Shown in pieces: positions 30,975 through 44,700 of a DNA stretch of 64,000 nucleotides. Under the pieces are notes generated by a model. That model searched no databases. It was not told the origin of the DNA and was given only the letters and a program-made list of their open reading frames with translations. Each line of letters starts with the position of its first letter. Position 1 is the stretch's first letter. A program made the position numbers and the translations under genes. Source of the stretch: Zootoca vivipara (lineage: Eukaryota); contig NC_083277.1 in NCBI RefSeq assembly GCF_963506605.1, positions 17,670,001 through 17,734,000 on the forward strand, in the 5' to 3' direction.

Positions 30975-33900
30975 CTGAAACACAACAGGAAGCAGAGTGG
31001 TAAAACACAGCAAACAAGACAAACGCTTAACAGAATCCGTAACTTCCGTAAGGTAGTGCTCGCAAATTGCACATATTCTTTAGGAGGAGAGGAATGCACA
31101 ACCAAAGTAGGCCAATTCATACAATCAAATTTGCATGGCGAGGATACAGGGTGAGAGTTGCAAGCTGGAGACTGTGTGTGCAGAAACAAAGATGAAATTT
31201 ACATTCACCCACTTCTGCCTCTGGCCCCCCACACCATGGCACGTGGCCCTTGGAAGGCTGTTTAGAAGAGAATGTGGCCCTTGAGCTAGAAATGTAACCT
31301 TTTCCACAACACCATTTTCTCCAATCTAAGTCCCCCTTGAGCTATTTACTTGCTGGGGGGTGGTGGTGGTTTAGACTGGAGTGACAGCACAGGGACTAAC
31401 TTGCTTCCTCCGCCCCTCAGCACTGCTGCCAGGGCCTCAGTCCAGTTGGATCTCCCCCTGCAGCAGCTTTTATCTCAAGAGAGAAACGTCAGGACATCAA
31501 ATGCTGGAACTCCCCAACCCCTGGCCTGTTTTTGCTCTCCAGAACTAGAAGCTTACCTCTTTTCCATTTACCTCTTTTCCATTTTGATTTCACCGTGTTG
31601 GCATCAACATAGTCTAGGAGGAGAAAAGAGAATAGGGTAAAACGTCCACTGTAAGGCTAACAGAAGAGACCCTGCAGCCTGTTTAATCATGCACCAATGA
31701 AATTTTGTTGCTAATTAAACTACAGTCATACCTCTAGTTACGTATGCTTCAGGTTGTGTACGACACGGGGTACGTACGCGCTGAACCCGGAAGTAACTGA
31801 ATGTGTTACTCCCGGGTTCAGCGATTCGAGCATGTGCAGACACGCCGAATGAAGTCACGTGTGTGTGCAGAAGCGCCAAATCGCGCAGGGAGCATGCGCA
31901 GATTCGGCTCTTCAGGGTAAGTACTGCTCTGGATGCATACGGAGCTGTACAAGAATCATTCACAATAATTATTGACTAATGCATGAATCATGTTCTTAAG
32001 GCTAACTGTCAGATGAACAACTGTTGTTTCTTTGCCTCCTTTCCAGGGGGCAGGAGAGGCATGGCATGCATTTGTTTAATTCGCCCCATTTGACGACCCA
32101 GTGTTGTTAGACCTGCAAACCTATCATCAAAAACTATCATCAACGGTCAGGGAAAGACCCCTAGGCTCTGGCAAAAGAAAAAGAGGAGACATAAATGAGG
32201 ACAAGAGTTACGCTCAGGGCAAGAGTGTACGTTACTCGTATGCAGGTCATTGGGTTAACTGCCCAAAGGTAGTAGCAAAGCAGGCAGTTTGTCAAGGGAT
32301 GGGCCAAGCGAGGGGACAGTCTCATTTTGTTGAATAGCTTGGAACTCAGGGATGGGACACCTGGAGCCTTCCGGAAGTTGCTAGATTCCCATTAACCACT
32401 GGCCACCCAAATATTTATCCCCATGCTCTCCCATTTTTTACCTGCGTCACATACTGGATAGTGAAAATCAGAAGTATATCTGTGCTGATTGAGCTGCTGT
32501 GGCACACCTGCTGGATTCAAAAACACAACAGTCACCCCATTCCTCTCTGATCAGTTAATATCAGTCTAACACGCACGTCTCAACATGCACATGAGGCCAA
32601 ACAAAAGGCCTGGCAGGCTGCCTCTCCCAATTTCCCTCCGTCTGAAAGCAGGCACCTGCTGCTCAGAAGCAGTGCCCAACCATGCCAGCCACTGGGGCCT
32701 GGCTTTCATATCCCACGGAAGGTTCTAGACCAGGCATCCCCAAACTCGGCCCTCCAGATGTTTTGGGACTACAACTCCCATCATCCCTAGCTAACAGGAC
32801 CAGTGGTTAGGGATGATGGGAATTGTAGTCCCAAAACAGCCTTTCTCTCCCATCGGACTGGCCAGTTTTGGATGTTCTGGGGAGAGAAAGGTGGAAGGTG
32901 AAACTCAGACAAAGTTTCAGATACCATATATGTTAAAAGAGTTCACTACTGTATATACCGGTGTGTGTGAATGCTCTTCATTTTTGGAGGGAGAAAACCA
33001 GAAAAGCTGCAATATTTAACCGCGGTCCCAATCGTGCAGGTAAGATTTTAGCTGGTCATGCTGGGAGTTAAGGGGATACTTGTTTAATATTTACTGCTTC
33101 GTTCCCTATGAGGGAAAGCAGTCTCGGAAAGAAAGTCCGAGTCTCCCAATACTGAGTAGTAGCTTTGGTTAAGCTGTCTTTGTTATTGTGACTCACTACT
33201 CCGAATAACTCTACAGACTTTTTATACGGATCTGCTCTAATTACTTGAGGGTTAAACACAGACACAGATCAAGACCTGGCTTTGTGAACTGCCAATATTG
33301 ATATGCACAATGGGGATTCCCATATATATAACTCTGTAGTGTCCCTTTTGAGCTTGACTGACTTATGTGATTATTATTATCCTAGGTAAAACATAATCTG
33401 TTACCTGAAAGCTGACGCAACTTGGTCTGCACCAGCTGTAGTTTTTCATTAAGCAACTCAACTTTCTTATTCAGATCAGCTTTGGGTTTCCCAGATATTT
33501 CTATGTTGCATCTGGAAAGAACATATGACTTAAAATAAAGCATTGCCCTGTATTGCTCCCCGATTCCTTTCCTGTTGAATGAACTAGCAATTGCTTCACT
33601 TTCATGGCATAATCTAGGGGTGCCCAAACTTTTTTCAAAGAGGGCCAGATTTGCTGAAGGCCGACCAAAGATTAAAGTTGTTGAGCTTTTTTAAACAATT
33701 CCCCCCGCCAAGGTACTTGGAAACCTGGTACTGAACCCAAGTATAAGAGCTGCTGGAGGGTTAACAGCTCTGCTATGATGCCTGGGGCTGGGAGGAGGGA
33801 GCAAGGGGGAGTTCCTACATCCGGGAATCTGTCTTTGTTCTCTGTATACTGTTGTTGGTTTCGTTTTTCAACCGGGGCAGCCATGGAATGCTGCAGTCCC

Positions 33901-35073
33901 GGGAAGGTGATTTATGCTTGTAAATAAAGACTTTAGCTTAGAAGAAGAAGCTGTCTTGTTCTGATTTATCAGTGTGCTTGCTCCTGCATGTCTACACACC
34001 TTCACACTGCAAAAGAAAGAGGACTGCATTGTTTTGCCAATACAAACAGAGCTGTGCAGATAAGGAAGCGCACTGGACTTTTGTAATGATTCGGCAAAGC
34101 CTTAATGAGGCAATTAAACCTCATTAAATCATCATACAAGGGCTTTTTTAGGATTGAGGTTGCTGAGCTTTTTTAAGGATTTTGCCCCAGGACATATACT
34201 GCCACGGGGGTCGAATTAGGCCCCCAAAATGGACTTTGGACAAACCTGGCATAATCAGCTGCCCGAGATGGCGGCCTTAATCTGCCTAATGGCAGGACTG
34301 CCCCAATCTTGCAAAATAGCTCAGTTGGTTAGAGCAGGGGTAGGCAAGCTAAGGCCCGTGGGCTGGATGCGGCCCAGTCGCCTTCTCAATCTGGCCCGTG
34401 GGCAGCCTGGGAATCAGCATGTTTTTACATGAGTAGAATGTGTCCTTTTATTTAAAATGCATCTCTGGGTTATTTGTGGGGTATAGGAATTCGTTCATCC
34501 CCCCCCCCCAAAAATATAGTCTGGCCCACCACATGGTTTGAGGGATGGTGGATGGCTGAAAAAGGTTGCTGACCCCTGGGTTAGAGCACGGTGCTGATAC
34601 TCCCAAGATTGCAGGTTCAATCCCCATATGACACAGCTGCATATTCCTGCATTGCAGGGGGTGGATCCTTACCAACTCTACAATTCTACGATTCTGTAAA
34701 CGGGCTTACCTGCTCAGCAAGGGATCCATATCCTGGGTGAAAAGATAAACCAATCAGCCCCACTTTTCAAAGTTTATTACAGTTCATTAAGTACTAACTC
34801 TTAATGCATTTTGCACATTTCCAGCCCACTTTCCTTTCAAGATGAAAACAGGACAGACCATCAACACTATAGTAAAAAAAGAAGAGCAATATTATAGGTT
34901 GTATTCAAATCGTCTACCGAGAGAAGACCCATTGAAATTAACGAACAAGTTGACCATGTTCATGAGCTCCAGTGGGTCTACTCTGAGTTGGATTTAGCAC
35001 GGACTACCACCCTATGGCTCCTCCAGTGTCAAAAAGGGGGGTGAGGGGAAGAGAACAAGATTCAAAAACACGA

Positions 35074-35115
<42 letters not shown>

Positions 35116-38100
35116 TGCATTTTCGCCATCAGTTTCTGCTTCTTCGTATTTGCCATCAAATTTATCATGGACTTCTAAAAAAAATGAAGGTTCAGCTGGA
35201 CTGAAACAAATCTGTTGTACCATTTTCACATGTCATAGTCCAACAATTTTTTAAAAATTTTTCCCCATTTTTTGTTTGTTTGTTGGGGAGGGGAACAACA
35301 ACAAAAAAGGCTTCGGGAGAGGAATGTCCGTCCACCCCTAATTTCCCTGGGCTTTCACATCTACTAGTGCAATCTTACCTGCAGGAGTTCAAAGGCAGAC
35401 TTCAGGCACTTCTCCTCTACCTCTTTAATCAGTTTGGCGAGATGAGAGCTGCGCTCTGAGAATTCACTGGCTATTTTGTCGATTGACTCCATGATCTCTG
35501 CACACGCAAGTAGCAGTTCCCAGTTTCCCGCAACTTGATCCCTGATGCTTCCCACACGATTCTGCAAAGAGCAGAGGACAAGAGAGACCAAATTCAGTGT
35601 GCTGTTGTGATTCCATCTCCAGGGAAAAAGGCACAAACGGGGGGGAAAGAGCCAGTTGTGCTTAGTTTCACCAGGGCTTATTCACTCCACCATAACAAGT
35701 AGGAGGTGTAACCTAGTGCAAAGGTCAGTAGGGTGGACATTTTCCCCCAGTGCTTTTGGGGGGGGGGCGCCTTCCCAAAGGCATCTGCATCCCAAGGCCA
35801 GCTTTCTGATTCATTCCCAAACCCCCCATTAGTCTCCTGGCAATAGCCTTTCGCCCACTTGTTTGCTATTACTGACCTGGAGAAGAACATTACTTCCTCC
35901 TGTTTTTCAATCCACATTTTTCCAAGGTTGTCCCACTATCTTATCTGATACCTTCAGTTAAGCTATACTAGTAATAATAAAGGTAAAGGTAATAAAGGTA
36001 ACAAGGGTAAAAATAATAAAGGTAAAAAGTGGAAGGACGTGTGGATCCAGAATTGGCCTCCATATTCACTTACGGACCCATTGTTAAAACCGTGTTTATG
36101 GAAGACAATATTACTCGGATATGAGTGATCGCCAAAGAAGAAGAAGAAAAATAAGAAGACTAGTAATAATAATAATAATTTATTTATATCCCACCCATCT
36201 GGCTGTGTTTCCCTAGACACTCTGGCCGGCTCCCAATCGAATATTAAAAACACAATACATAGGAGGTGTCAACTCCTAGGGGTTTTCACCCCCCAAGAAA
36301 GTACAGTGGTACCTCGGTTTACAACACAATTGCTTCCGGAAGTCTGTACAGGTTACATAGGAAGTCTGTAACCTGAAGCGTACTTAACCTGAAGCGAACT
36401 TTCCCACTGAAAGTAATGGAAAGTGGATTAATCCGTTCCAGACGGTCCGTGGAGTACTCAACCTGAAGCATACATAACCCGAGGTATGAGTGTATTTGGT
36501 TCCGGCAGTCCGTACTTAACCTGATGCATACTTAACCTGAAGCGAACTTTCCAATTGAAAGTAATGGAAAGTGGATTAATCCGTTCCAGACAGGTCCGTG
36601 GAGTACTTAAACTGAAAATACTCAAACCAAGGCATACTTAAACCAAGGTATGACTGTATTTCAGGGGGCTATCCCCACCCCAAAGTTGATGGGCATTGCA
36701 TTCAAATGGGTGTGTGTGCACTGCGTCATGTGATCAATTATGCAGGGCGAGGCTTACCTGTCCCCCCTCCAATGTTTTATTCAAGTTGGCACCCCCACCA
36801 GCGAAAGGTCTTTAGCTATGCATTTTGCTCCAGAAATCTATAATGTAACCATATTCACTTCTGAAATCCTGTGTTCATCCATCTCTATATCTTAAATGTT
36901 ACGAAAGCGTTTTGTAGGTGCCTTGATACACTTCAGCTTATTTTGTACGGACCTATCTGCATTTAGCTGTGATTTGTTGTTAGTCCCATGCATCCATGCC
37001 CATATAACCTTGAACATTCTTGAGTTTCCCTTAGTCGTACAATGTATAGCATTGTATATGAATATACACAGGTTATTTTAGTCATTTTAGTCCGATGAGA
37101 GCACACACAGATATTCAGGGCTCCGGAACTTGATGCGCTCCACATGTTTGGGATGACAACTCCCTGTGAGTCTCAGATGAAGATCGATATATACATTTAA
37201 ATAACAAGAACAACTCCTCTAACCAGCCTGAGAGAGCTGCAGTCCAGAATAATAATACTACCTTTATTGTCAATGTACAACCTGTGTACAATAAAATTAA
37301 CTGAGCACAAAAAGGAGGCAGCTACGTTCAGTGGATGGCAAACCAGGAGCCTGCCTACCTTCATTTCTCTCTCACTGCACCCTTCAATCCTCTTCAAAAT
37401 TTCATCTCTCTCCTTCTTCAAGGTTGTTAGGCAACTTTGGAGCTGATCCTAAAAGGAAAAAAAAGGCATTCAGCGCTTATACCATTTATTAAAAGATTTA
37501 GAAACCACTCTTTCACTAAGAGCTCTCATAGTAGTATACAAGTAAAACTGTAAATAAAATCCTGGGGATGGTGGCACCTGAAGACCAGCATTATCTGGAG
37601 CAGACATAAGCAAACCCGGCCCTCCAGATCCTTTGGGACTACAATTCCCATCATCCCTGACCAATGGTCCTGTTAGCTAGGTATGATGGGAGTTGTAGTC
37701 CCAAAACATCTGGAGCGCCGAGTTTGCCTATGCCTGATCAGGAGGGTCACCCTTTCCCCAACCCCTTCGTGCTCCAAATTCTCTCCAAACGAAGGGCGAT
37801 TTCGCTTACCTTAGCATCCTGGGCAGCCTCGTCGATGGGGAGGGTGGCGTGCGCTTTGTGCGCCCGGGATTCCCTGCAGACCAGGCAGATGAAGGCGCGG
37901 TCCTCTTGGCAGAAGAGCCGGAGGGCTTCGTAGTGCTTCCCGCACAACTTCGGCGCTTCCTTCTTGGGCTCCCCTTCGGCTAGGCTTAGGCACTGCAGGC
38001 GGAGGCGCTGTATCGCTTCGGCCATATTCGCCAAGTGCCTGTTGGGCCGGAGGTTGCCCCGGGGAAAAGCTATCCTGCACTGGGGGCAAGAGGAGAGGTC

Positions 38101-38253
38101 GCGGCCCGGCCCCTCCGGGCACTGGGAGATGCAGGCTCGGCAAAAGCTGTGCCCGCAGTCGATGATCATCACCGGGTCGCGGAAGTAATCCAAGCAGATG
38201 GAGCAAGTCACTTCGTCCTGGAGAGTTATGGAGGGGTCTCCGGCGGCGGCCAT
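30454..38253 (-). CDS. TRIM-C: RING-B-box2-coiled-coil-PRYSPRY E3 ligase, ~469-474 aa, close paralog of TRIM-A
   Basis: Exons 38253-37810, 37448-37359, 35561-35379, 34732-34710, 33511-33405, 31613-31572 (or -31557), 30974-30454. GT-AG, open frame. Confidence 0.88.
34335..34578. mobile_element. hAT MITE, TSD GGTTAGAG
   Basis: CAGGGGT...ACCCCTG termini. Other hAT MITEs with clean 8-bp TSDs at 49721-50070 (CTATAGTC), 50786-50911 (CACGTACT) and 62780-63030 (GTTTACTC). Confidence 0.85.
37810..38253 (-). CDS. TRIM-C exon 1 (RING + B-box2)
   Basis: 148 codons, AAG|GTAAGC donor. Confidence 0.93.
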
Positions 38254-41204
38254 GGGTGTGCCTCCTTGCGCGCAAAATGCGCGGTCTGGTCAACGCGGGA
38301 GAAAGAGAGTCCCGCCCCGCAGCGGCAGAGGTAAATTTGGGGTCCAAAGACGGAGGATCCCTACTGTCTTCGCAGCCTGGATCCCTGCAAACCGAGGAGG
38401 AACGGAAAGGAGGACACGGGCGAAAGCGAAAGCGTGGACGCAGCACAACACGGAGACGAGCAAGACGCCAATCGGTCTGAAGGGGGCGTGGCGCGTGCCG
38501 CGAGGGGACAGAAAACAGAGTAATGAACTTTTCAGGAAATGACTCACACCCATGAAGATATGCCTGATGATAGTGCTTAATCGCGCTTTGATTGCACCAC
38601 TTGTCTTTCTTACTTTTGCATCTTGCTTTTCCCTTAAAGGCGGCATAAAAATACACTATAAACCAATGACTGAAAGAAGGCTGATCGCCAAAGAATTGAT
38701 GCTTTTGAATTATGGTGTTGGAGGAGACTCTCTAGAGTCCCATGGACTGCAAGAAGATCAAACTTACTTATCCATTCTGAAGGAAAACAGCCCTGAGTGC
38801 TCACTGGAAGGACAGATCCTAAAGCTGAGGCTCCAATATTTTGGCCACATCAGGAGATGAGAAGACTCCCTGGAAAAGAGTCTCCTCCAGCACCATCATT
38901 CAAAAGCATCAATTCTGTCAGTGCCAGATTTAGGGTTGCTTGGTGGTTCCTGAGGAGGCACAAAATTGTGATAAGGAATACGGTGGTACCTCAGGTTACA
39001 GACTCTGCTAACTCAGAAATAGTACCTCGGGTTAAGAACTTTGCTTCAGGATGAGAACAGAAATCGCATGGCGTCGTCGTAAGGCCCCATTAGCTAAAGT
39101 GGTACCTCAGGTTAAGAACAGTTTCAGGTTAAGAACGGACTTCCAGAACGAATTAAGTTCTTAACCCGAGGTACCACTGTAATTGAGACCAATTTTTTGT
39201 TAGAGATATCAAAGTGCCTACGTGCAAAAAGGCAGCTCTCCACTTCAGACAATTAACTTTGGGCAGAAAGCCAATATCTGCTCTCTCTCTGTGCATGGTA
39301 ACAAGAGCCTTAGTAACAACTCTTGTGATTGGATAAGGAGTTCCTAAAAGCTCTGTGTGGTGTTATGTGAGTGAGTGAGTATAGTGTGGAGAAAAACTGT
39401 AACAGGTGGTTGTGTGAGAGAGGGACAGAGAAGAAAGGATTTGTTTTATTTCATTTACTTTATGACGTTTTGTACATAGCAATTTCTGGATACAGTTTGT
39501 TCAATAAATCCTGTATATAGTTATCCTGCGTCCAGACGTCTACTCATTGCACTACAGCCAGAAGCTTCCGGAAAACTTGCGCGAACTCTGCTGTGTCCAG
39601 GTGTATGTTATTCCTGGCACTAAAACTCTTAATAATTTTGGCCCTGCTCAAGGTGCCAGATTACCAAAGTCCTCCCATGCTGCTAGTCTTCATTGTCCCA
39701 AACGGGTACACAGACCAGTGCCCAAATTAGGGGGTGCGAGATGTTCCCCCGCACAGGACACTAAGTTGAGGGGGTGCAATATAGTAATATGGAATTATTG
39801 TGCAAATTTAGGGGGCTGGTACCAAATTTTGTCCTCACTCAGGGCGCCAAAGTCCATCCTTGGTGAGAACAGCTACAACTGCTGGAATCTTCTGCTCGTG
39901 CAGATTAGGATGGTGTGTAATATAGTACATTGAAAATAAAATACATTAAATATTCAATCAAAACAATAAAAAGTGACAGGAACTTTGAGTAGCCAACCTG
40001 AAAAATATATGGTATTCCACTAGCAGTATCCCAGCACCCCTCCATTTCCAGCAGGGGTCTAACTGGGGTTGCACTTAGCAGCATGCTCAACTGCCCAATG
40101 TTCAAATAATAAAACATTTATTAAAAGGGGGTGAGGGACAGGAGATTGGAGCCTCACACAAAATACCTGGGGGTCAGGACCATGTGCTAACCCCTAACCA
40201 TACCCCATCTTTTACACATATATCTTAAAACAAAATATTGGCACCAACATTGTCATTTTTCTGCCACAATGCTAAGAAGTTCCTTTAGTTGCAGGCATTT
40301 CATGGGATGTGAGGGGATGATTTTAAATATAGGCCTGGTTAATTGGCTAGCCTGCTTTTGTTATTTTTCTGGGGTGGTGGTTTTTTTAAAGTTAATTTTT
40401 ATGCTATGAATATGAATGTTCAGTATGGTTCCTTTTTAAAAAAGAAAAAAATGTTTTTTGATGCCTTTAACCTTTTAAAAGCAATTGAATACTGTAAACC
40501 AAAAATATCGTAACAGAACCGCAAAATAAAAAATGAGTCATAACAAAGGTTAATTTTTTTATAACTTTATTGATGGATTAACGATATGATTGAAAGACTG
40601 CAATGGCAACATCAAATCACAGGTTTATTAAATGTAAAAAGCTAAAGAAAAAAACCTGAGGAGTTACATGCTAATAAACAGTATAGTTGAGTTTGACCAA
40701 ACTGCAGGAGGCAATGGAAGACAGGAGTGCCTGGTGTGCTCTGGTCCATGGGGTCAGGAAGAGTGAAGAGTCGGACAGGACTAAATGACTCAACAACAAC
40801 AAAAGGGTGATGATTATTAGAATGACAAAAGGTGGCGGGAGATTTAACCCTTTCCTTCTTTGCTTTGGTCCCAAGTATAATCCCTCCTCTGAAGCAGCTA
40901 TTTGCATTGGGAGGAAATCCCCCATTGGCACCACCAAGAGTTGCAAAATTAAAGGAACATTATTTGCAATATTATAGTGCTTCTTTGCTGTACTGAATTA
41001 AAAAGCAATCATCTGCACAGTCAAACCAAAACACCTTGGTCCTTTGGTCCTTTGTTGAAGGGGAATGTGGGACAGCAGCATGGGATGGAAACATACATCC
41101 AAAGACAATGTGCACAGAAATGATATCCACTCCTCTTTGGGACTAACATCTGGACTTGTCTGAGCACGCAGACAAGGCAAAGCACAGGCCAAGGACCATG
41201 TGCT

Positions 41205-41722
41205 TTAAGAGCACAGCTGGAGGGGAGTTGATGAATCTACAATCCGGAAAAAGGGGAAAACTTCCTCCCCTTCAAAATCAATTGACTTGAAAATAAAGAG
41301 GCGGGTCTTATCTTCAGCATCATAAAAAGCCACAGTCCCTGCTTCATAGTTCAAAGAAACTTGGATCTCTATTGGATCCTCTTCTGGTTCCAAAATGGTA
41401 GGAGGTGAAGTCAGAGCTTTGTACTGATCATAACTAAAGCCCAACGCCCAGATCCCTTCATCAGGTTCAAAATCAATTTCTCTATCCCTCTCCACAGACT
41501 CTCTGGCTACGCCTACAGCCCAATTGTCAACATCTTCGACATCCACCGTCCAATAATGTTTCCCAGAGCTGAATCCCTGCGTTCCAAGCACACAGCGAGC
41601 GTATTGAAATCTCTTTGGATTGTAGGGGTAGTCCTGACGGACATCTCCCCACCATACTGATTTTCCATCAGAAGACACAACATACCGGGGATGGGCTGTT
41701 TCCAGATCCAACACCACATTTT
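41205..41722 (-). CDS. TRIM-D terminal exon (PRYSPRY)
   Basis: ENVVLDLETAHPRY...SGKHYW...FPFFRIVDSSTPLQLCS*. Confidence 0.93.
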
Positions 41723-44700
41723 CTGAAAGAGAACCAGAAGCAGGGCAAGACAAACGCTTAACAGAATCAGTTACTTCCGTAAGGTAGCGTACCGAGCTCG
41801 CAAATTGCATGCATTCTTTAGAAGGGGAGAAATGCAGAACCAATTAGGCCAATTCATACAATCAAATTGGCATGGTGAGGATACAGGGGCACATGCAGGG
41901 TGAGAGTTGAAAGCTGGAGACTGCGTGTGCAGAAACAAAAATGAAATTTACATTTGCTGCTTCACCCACTTCTGCCTCTGGCAGGGGCAAAACTTGGATT
42001 TATTTCACCAGGGCCAAAGGCTCAGTTTGACTGGGGGACTGGGAGTCTCAATGGTGCCCCTCCGAAGGCTTCATCTCGGGCAAAAACCCTGGCTAGCCCC
42101 CCTGTATGGCTCTGCCTCTGGCACCACCCAGCATGGCCTGTGGCCCTAGGAAGGCTGTCTTGAGAGAAAAGAAGGGGGGTTTTGTACGCAACAACAGCAG
42201 CAAGGATGCTGCTTGCCAAGGGGTAGAAAGGAGATAAAATCCCATCAAAAGAGGAGTGGCAAGTAAAACTGCTTGAATAAATGGAACTAGCGAAAATGAC
42301 GGAAAAGATCAGGGATCAACCGACCCAAAAGTTTAAAAAGGAATGGGAGATTTATAGGCTATATTTAAAAGAACATTGTCCCCATATTAAAACTTTAGAA
42401 TGCTTGTTTGTTTATTATATTCAGTGGATATAAGGAATAGCAGGTAAAAAGGTAAAGGGACCCCTGACCATTAGGTCCAGTCGTGACTGACTCTGGGGTT
42501 GCGCGCTCATCTCGCATTATTGGCCGAGGGAGCTGGTGTATAGCTTCTAGGTCATGTGGCCAGCATGACAAAGCTGCTTCTGGCAAACCAAAGCAGCACA
42601 TGGAAACGCCGTTTACCTTCCCGCTGTTTATCTACTTGCATTTTGACGTGCTTTCGAACTGCTAGGTTGGCAGGAGCAGGGACCGAACAACGGGAGCTCA
42701 CCCCGTCACAGGGATTCGAACCGCCTACCTTCTGATCAGCAAGCCCTAGGCTCAGTGGTTTAACCACAGCGCCACCTGGGTCCCTTAAGGAATAGCAAGT
42801 TAGGTGTAAATATTAAGGGAAACGATATACAAATGGTTGGAAATAAATTTTAAATTTTCTTTCTCATTTTTCTTTTCTTTTTCTTTTCTCCTTCTTTGGT
42901 ATTTATGGTTTGTATTTGTATAAGGATTATAATATTTGTTTTATATGTTTGTGTTTTTTACAAAACTTAAATTTATAAAACTTAAGTTTTACAAAACTTA
43001 AATAAAATAACCGTAAAAAAATCAAAACTTTAGAATGCTTTGAATAACTCTCGGAACTCCGTAAGGGATATAATGCAGGCTATGTTTATTGAAAAATAGA
43101 GGAAAGTAACAAGGAAACAAAGAACCCACACCAAGGAAGTCAGAAGTCGATGGCTGAAATATTTTTGTGTTTTCGCATTGCACTGTTTTATTTCATTTTT
43201 GTTATTTGTGAGTTATGTGCTGTGTGTTTTTGTGTGTGTGTGTTTTTGTGTGTGCAGTTTATAAACCATTTTTTTATTTTTAAGGAAGGCTGTCTTGAAG
43301 AGTATGTGGCCCTTGAGCTGGAAAATGGTTAATGTAACCCTTTCCACAACACCATTTCCCCCAATCTAAGTCCCCCTTGAGCTATTTACTTGCTGGGGGT
43401 GGTGGTGGTTTAGACTGGAGTGACAGCACAGGGACTAACTCGCTTCCTCCGCCCCTCAGCACTGCTGCGAGGGCCTCAGTCCAGTTGGATCTCCCCCTGC
43501 AGCAACTTTTATCTCAAGAGAGAAACATCAGGACATCAAATGCTGGAACTCTCCAACACCTGGCCTGTTTTCGCTCTCCAGAACTAGAAGCTTACCTCTT
43601 TTCCATTTTGAGTTGACCTTGTTGGACTGAGAACAGTTGGGCTCAGAACAGTCTAGGAGGAGAAGAGAGAGCAAGGTAAAACACCCACCATAAGGCTAAC
43701 AGAAGGGACCTTGCAGCCTGTTTAACCACGCACCAATGAAGCATTGTTGTTAACTACAATAACCATTCACAATAATTATCAACTAACGCATGAATCATGT
43801 TCTTAAGGCTAACTGACAGATGAACAACATCTATGATATGACGAATGATTCTGTTAAAGTGAGGGCAGCCGTAGTGGTAAGAATGATAAAACAGGGTGAT
43901 CAAGTGAATTCTGGGTAGCAAAGAGTGAACACCCTTTCCCCCCCACACTTACGGTAAGGTGCATGAGTTGTATAATGGGGACTTGATAGCAATAGAGAAG
44001 AATAGAGATTATTCTCTCCTCCACCCCCGATGTCATAATGATGTCAGGCGACCCTTCCCCCCTCCCCCCACTTCATGGGTCTAACAGAGAGCTTTGCAAG
44101 GGGCTTCACTAGGCCAGAATCTCAGCTAATCGCCAGGCCTTGCAAGGTGCTCAGCAAAGCTGCCTTTTTTTTAAGAGTTCTTTGCGCAGGGCTTCTCAGG
44201 CACTGCTGATTAGCTTTCAAACCCCTTTTCGACTGAGCCTGGTCATTATCTGCCCTGCTCTTGATGGCGGGTGCAGAGAAGACGCTCACGGCATAGATGG
44301 GGAGGCCTGGTGCAGGAGATTGGACGAGATTACCCTCATGGTCCCTGTCTGTACAGGGGGAGAGAAAGGGTTAATAGGTAGACCAATAGAAAAGCCCAGA
44401 GGCGGAGCCTACCTGCTTTTAAAAGGCTTAGCCAGAGGTTTAGAGAGTTGGAAATAGACAGTTAGTTCGGTTGGTTTCTTGTGGGTGGGAAGCATAGGAG
44501 TCAGAGTGGGTTAGAGACAGAGGGAAGACAGAGAGAGTCAATCTGATTACAGTGGTACCTCTGGATGCAAACGGGATCCATTCTGGAGCCCTGTACGCAC
44601 CCAGAGCAGTACTTACCCTGAAGCACCGAATCTGCGCATGCTCCCTGTGTGATTCTGCACGACATAATTCGGCACGTTTGCGCATGTGCGAATCGCCGAA

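Noticed and set aside
44413-44477. 65-nt candidate TRIM-D linker exon
   Set aside because: Not a multiple of 3 and contains an in-frame stop. It may be a dead exon and was left out of the model.
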